Below, piece after piece: positions 61,686-64,000 of a stretch of 64,000 bases of DNA. The stretch comes from Escherichia phage vB_EcoM_Ozark: the sequence record NC_054927.1; one strand, given 5' to 3'. Numbering within the stretch: the first letter of the stretch is position 1; each line of letters starts with the position of its first letter. The notes beneath the pieces were generated by a model. It saw only the letters and a list, made by a program, of their open reading frames with translations. It did no database searches and was not told the DNA's origin. The translations under genes and the position numbers were made by a program.

Positions 61686-62518
61686 TAGAATGCTCCTTGG
61701 AAAATATTATCACCACTAGTAAATCTATTAAAATACCCTGCATCACCAGGCTTAGTATAGTTCCATGTCTGAAACGGATGTGTCTGATATAGATGATATG
61801 GATTATAAGGATTAAATCCAGGAGTTCTCCAGGTAGTGTTCCAACGAAAAGAATCGTTTTTAACCATCTTCTCAATTACATCTTTTATAGCTTTTTCACT
61901 ATCAAAACTTTCTTTATTTTCCTTCGGTGAAAAAAGCTTATTTTCTACATCATTCCATGTATAAACTCGCTGAGCGGTTTTTGGAATATTGTCACGCTCT
62001 CCTCGCGCCATCCAATAAACAGGAACATTTAATATTTCACTCGCATGATCGCAGTGGTGAGCGAGATCGTCAATATAACAAATTACGTTATATTTCTCTT
62101 TTGCCTTTTTGAACAACTCTTCTTTTGAAGAATCATGACCACACATCATTACTTCTGAGAAGGCACCAGGAAAAAGAGCATTCAAATTAAATTGACGATT
62201 CAACAGAGCGTCAATAGAATCACCCAACGCTGTAACAGCTACAAAATTATAATCTTCTTTTAATTTGTTAATTACGCACAGGGCGTCTTTATATGGAGAC
62301 AAATAACGAATAAAATCTGAACGATTGTATTTTTCAATTAACTTGACGCCAAGTTCTTCATCACAATTAAAGAGTTTACCCGGAGAAATAAATTTCTCAT
62401 CTTGGATCATTTTTAAAATATGTTCTAACGGAAGATTATATTTCTGAGCAAAATAAGGAAGGCCTGATTGCCAGCTTAAACATACTCCATCAATATCAGT
62501 TAAAATAGTAGGCTTCAT
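61685..62518 (-). CDS. HAD-superfamily hydrolase-like protein (30.2-like)
   Basis: 277 aa; N-terminal ILTDIDGV matches HAD motif I (DxDG). Confidence 0.6.
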   Translation of the reverse strand: MKPTILTDIDGVCLSWQSGLPYFAQKYNLPLEHILKMIQDEKFISPGKLFNCDEELGVKLIEKYNRSDFIRYLSPYKDALCVINKLKEDYNFVAVTALGDSIDALLNRQFNLNALFPGAFSEVMMCGHDSSKEELFKKAKEKYNVICYIDDLAHHCDHASEILNVPVYWMARGERDNIPKTAQRVYTWNDVENKLFSPKENKESFDSEKAIKDVIEKMVKNDSFRWNTTWRTPGFNPYNPYHLYQTHPFQTWNYTKPGDAGYFNRFTSGDNIFQGAF

Positions 62519-62973
62519 AGAGAGTCTCTTAATAGATTTAACACATCAATAAATTCAGCTTCGGTTAGTATTGTATCATCTTTTGTTAGACCACTAGCCA
62601 TGCTGTGCTTCAAAACTTTTCCTTTCGAGGCTTGTAATGCATCACGAAAGCCCTTGTTTTGGATCGCTGCTTCAAAATATGCATTTGTGTATAATTCTTT
62701 CCACGCCGGGGAGTATCTTGAAAACGGAACTCCAATCCAGAAGAGGGTCCCACGGTCCTGAGCTCTAGCATAAGACCTTCCAGCTTGTTGGGCGGCAAGC
62801 CCGGATAACCCAAATATACGACGTTGTTGTTCAACATTTTTCACCTTACACCCTTGGAGGAATCCTTCAAGACCTCCAAATTGAATACCATCCATAACGA
62901 AAGGCCATTGGGCGAAATTACTTAATGCGCATGATGGCCATCTAAAATTACTTCTAATCTCTAACTCAGACAT
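62515..62973 (-). CDS. NADAR / YbiA-like (DUF1768) domain protein (30.3-like)
   Basis: ALSNFAQWPFVMDGIQFGGLEGFLQGCK resembles the FSNF...W-P...DG...E-x-F-Q-x-x-K signature of YbiA/NADAR proteins; track start is TTG, first ATG two codons in. Confidence 0.55.
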   Translation of the reverse strand: MSELEIRSNFRWPSCALSNFAQWPFVMDGIQFGGLEGFLQGCKVKNVEQQRRIFGLSGLAAQQAGRSYARAQDRGTLFWIGVPFSRYSPAWKELYTNAYFEAAIQNKGFRDALQASKGKVLKHSMASGLTKDDTILTEAEFIDVLNLLRDSL

Positions 62974-63172
62974 TTTCAATGCTTATAATTTCAACATCAG
63001 CCCAATGACCATAGCAAGGAAGACGAAATTCAACTGGCCAGTTAGGGTCCTTTTCTAATATAATAGACTTAACTTGTGGTTCTTCGTGTTCATCAGTATA
63101 CGGATTTTTATCTGTTACTTTATATGTGACCTTAATGTACTGAATTCCAAAAATCTTATTAATTATATTCAT
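62966..63172 (-). CDS. hypothetical protein
   Basis: 68 aa, ATG start. Confidence 0.45.
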   Translation of the reverse strand: MNIINKIFGIQYIKVTYKVTDKNPYTDEHEEPQVKSIILEKDPNWPVEFRLPCYGHWADVEIISIENV

Positions 63173-63366
63173 ACTAATTCCTTTAATCCGTAGATAGGAG
63201 ATAATTCATCACCCATACGAAGGTCTTCATTTCCATCTACCCAGGAAACAATATAAGCCTCTTTTATTTGAATACCACTCCATTTAAATGGAGGTAGAAC
63301 CTTAGAAATTAATCCAGGTATACCAACTCCCTTTAATTCAACGGTTTGACCTAAAAAGAATTTCAT
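63169..63366 (-). CDS. hypothetical protein
   Basis: 65 aa, ATG start. Confidence 0.45.
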   Translation of the reverse strand: MKFFLGQTVELKGVGIPGLISKVLPPFKWSGIQIKEAYIVSWVDGNEDLRMGDELSPIYGLKELV

Positions 63367-63653
63367 TAAAACCTCATCTGAAAACCATGCGATTTAACGT
63401 TACCACCGCCAATATCAGAAATATTAATTTCACGCGCAATTGAAGGGTCAATGTCAATTTCACGATTGAGTTTAGTGATAGCTAAAGTATCGCGCCCATT
63501 TACAGTACGGAACTCTAAAGGACAAACCACATCAACGTAGTTTTTAATCGATTCACTAGTAGGCTGCAAATGAGCAGGAAGGTCTTTAGGCGCCTTTGAG
63601 AAAACCACTTCACAGAAATTTTTGCGGGTATCAAAATAAGTAGTCATAAACAT
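63366..63653 (-). CDS. hypothetical protein
   Basis: 95 aa, ATG start. Confidence 0.5.
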   Translation of the reverse strand: MFMTTYFDTRKNFCEVVFSKAPKDLPAHLQPTSESIKNYVDVVCPLEFRTVNGRDTLAITKLNREIDIDPSIAREINISDIGGGNVKSHGFQMRF

Positions 63654-63695
63654 AATATTTTCCTCAGTAAGGGGCCGAAGCCCCTCATTTTATTT

Positions 63696-63947
63696 TTAAA
63701 TATCAAATTCGTTAAGAACTACATCAAAGATTGCTTCCAAGTGCTCAGGTTTAGCTTTGTTACTCAGAATATGACGAATCCAAGTTTTAACTAAGAGTTT
63801 ACGATTAGCACCATTCCAGCAAGGATGAGTCCCTAAATCGCGTTGGCGGAAATCATCATCCAGAGCGATTTTGAAGTTGGAACCTTTCATCGTGATTGAA
63901 ACCGTGATACCGTTTTCAAATCGCATATAAACGTAGTTAGGAGTCAT
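63696..63947 (-). CDS. hypothetical protein
   Basis: 83 aa, ATG with GGAG RBS. Confidence 0.5.
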   Translation of the reverse strand: MTPNYVYMRFENGITVSITMKGSNFKIALDDDFRQRDLGTHPCWNGANRKLLVKTWIRHILSNKAKPEHLEAIFDVVLNEFDI

Positions 63948-64000
63948 ATACTGTTCAATTTCGCATACTGATCCGTTTTGATGTTTCCAGAGGCAAATAG
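63944..64000 (-). CDS. 3' end of an upstream minus-strand gene (partial)
   Basis: Open frame from window edge ending ...DQYAKLNSI-stop, with ATGA overlap to the next gene. Confidence 0.3.
   Translation of the reverse strand, partial: LFASGNIKTDQYAKLNSI

Overview
This window is a near-complete structural/morphogenesis block of a T4-like myovirus (Tevenvirinae), a close relative of T4 but not T4 itself. The call rests on the gene e lysozyme differing from T4 lysozyme at only about two residues, the exact foldon C-terminus of fibritin, and gene order and protein lengths that match T4 almost gene for gene; T4 sequences and lengths are from memory, not a database search. Layout: internal-protein genes, lysozyme e and nudE (1-1421); a plastic block of small unknown ORFs (1418-4636); a minus-strand array of 10 tRNAs plus a tRNA-like element (4766-5977); an HNH endonuclease (5984-6592); more internal-protein genes, 57B (Acb1-like), 57A and genes 1, 3, 2, 4 (7622-11678); the plus-strand run 53, 5, 5.1, 5.4, 6-12, wac, 13-24 (11726-41662); rnlB, hoc, inh, uvsW, uvsY, 25, 26, 51, 27-29, 48, 54 (41692-55184); two tandem alt-like ADP-ribosyltransferase genes (55564-59721); DNA ligase 30 and 30.x genes including a HAD-like and a NADAR-like protein (59956-63947). 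I did not find a clear-cut, wholly new multi-gene system. The best candidates for something beyond the canonical T4 map are: (1) the tandem, diverged Alt paralogs; (2) a repeat-flanked, late-promoter-driven gene (4163-4636) whose N-terminus resembles the capsid-targeting leader of internal proteins; (3) tRNA-Tyr/His/Asn, all GUN-anticodon tRNAs, in the array; (4) repeated promoter-hairpin cassettes around the internal-protein genes; (5) the HAD/NADAR pair next to alt. The ORF track uses TTG/GTG starts in places, so several starts were moved to the first ATG with a ribosome-binding site. Coordinates of features not in the track (tRNAs, promoters, hairpins, two small ORFs) were read by hand and may be off by 1-3 nt.
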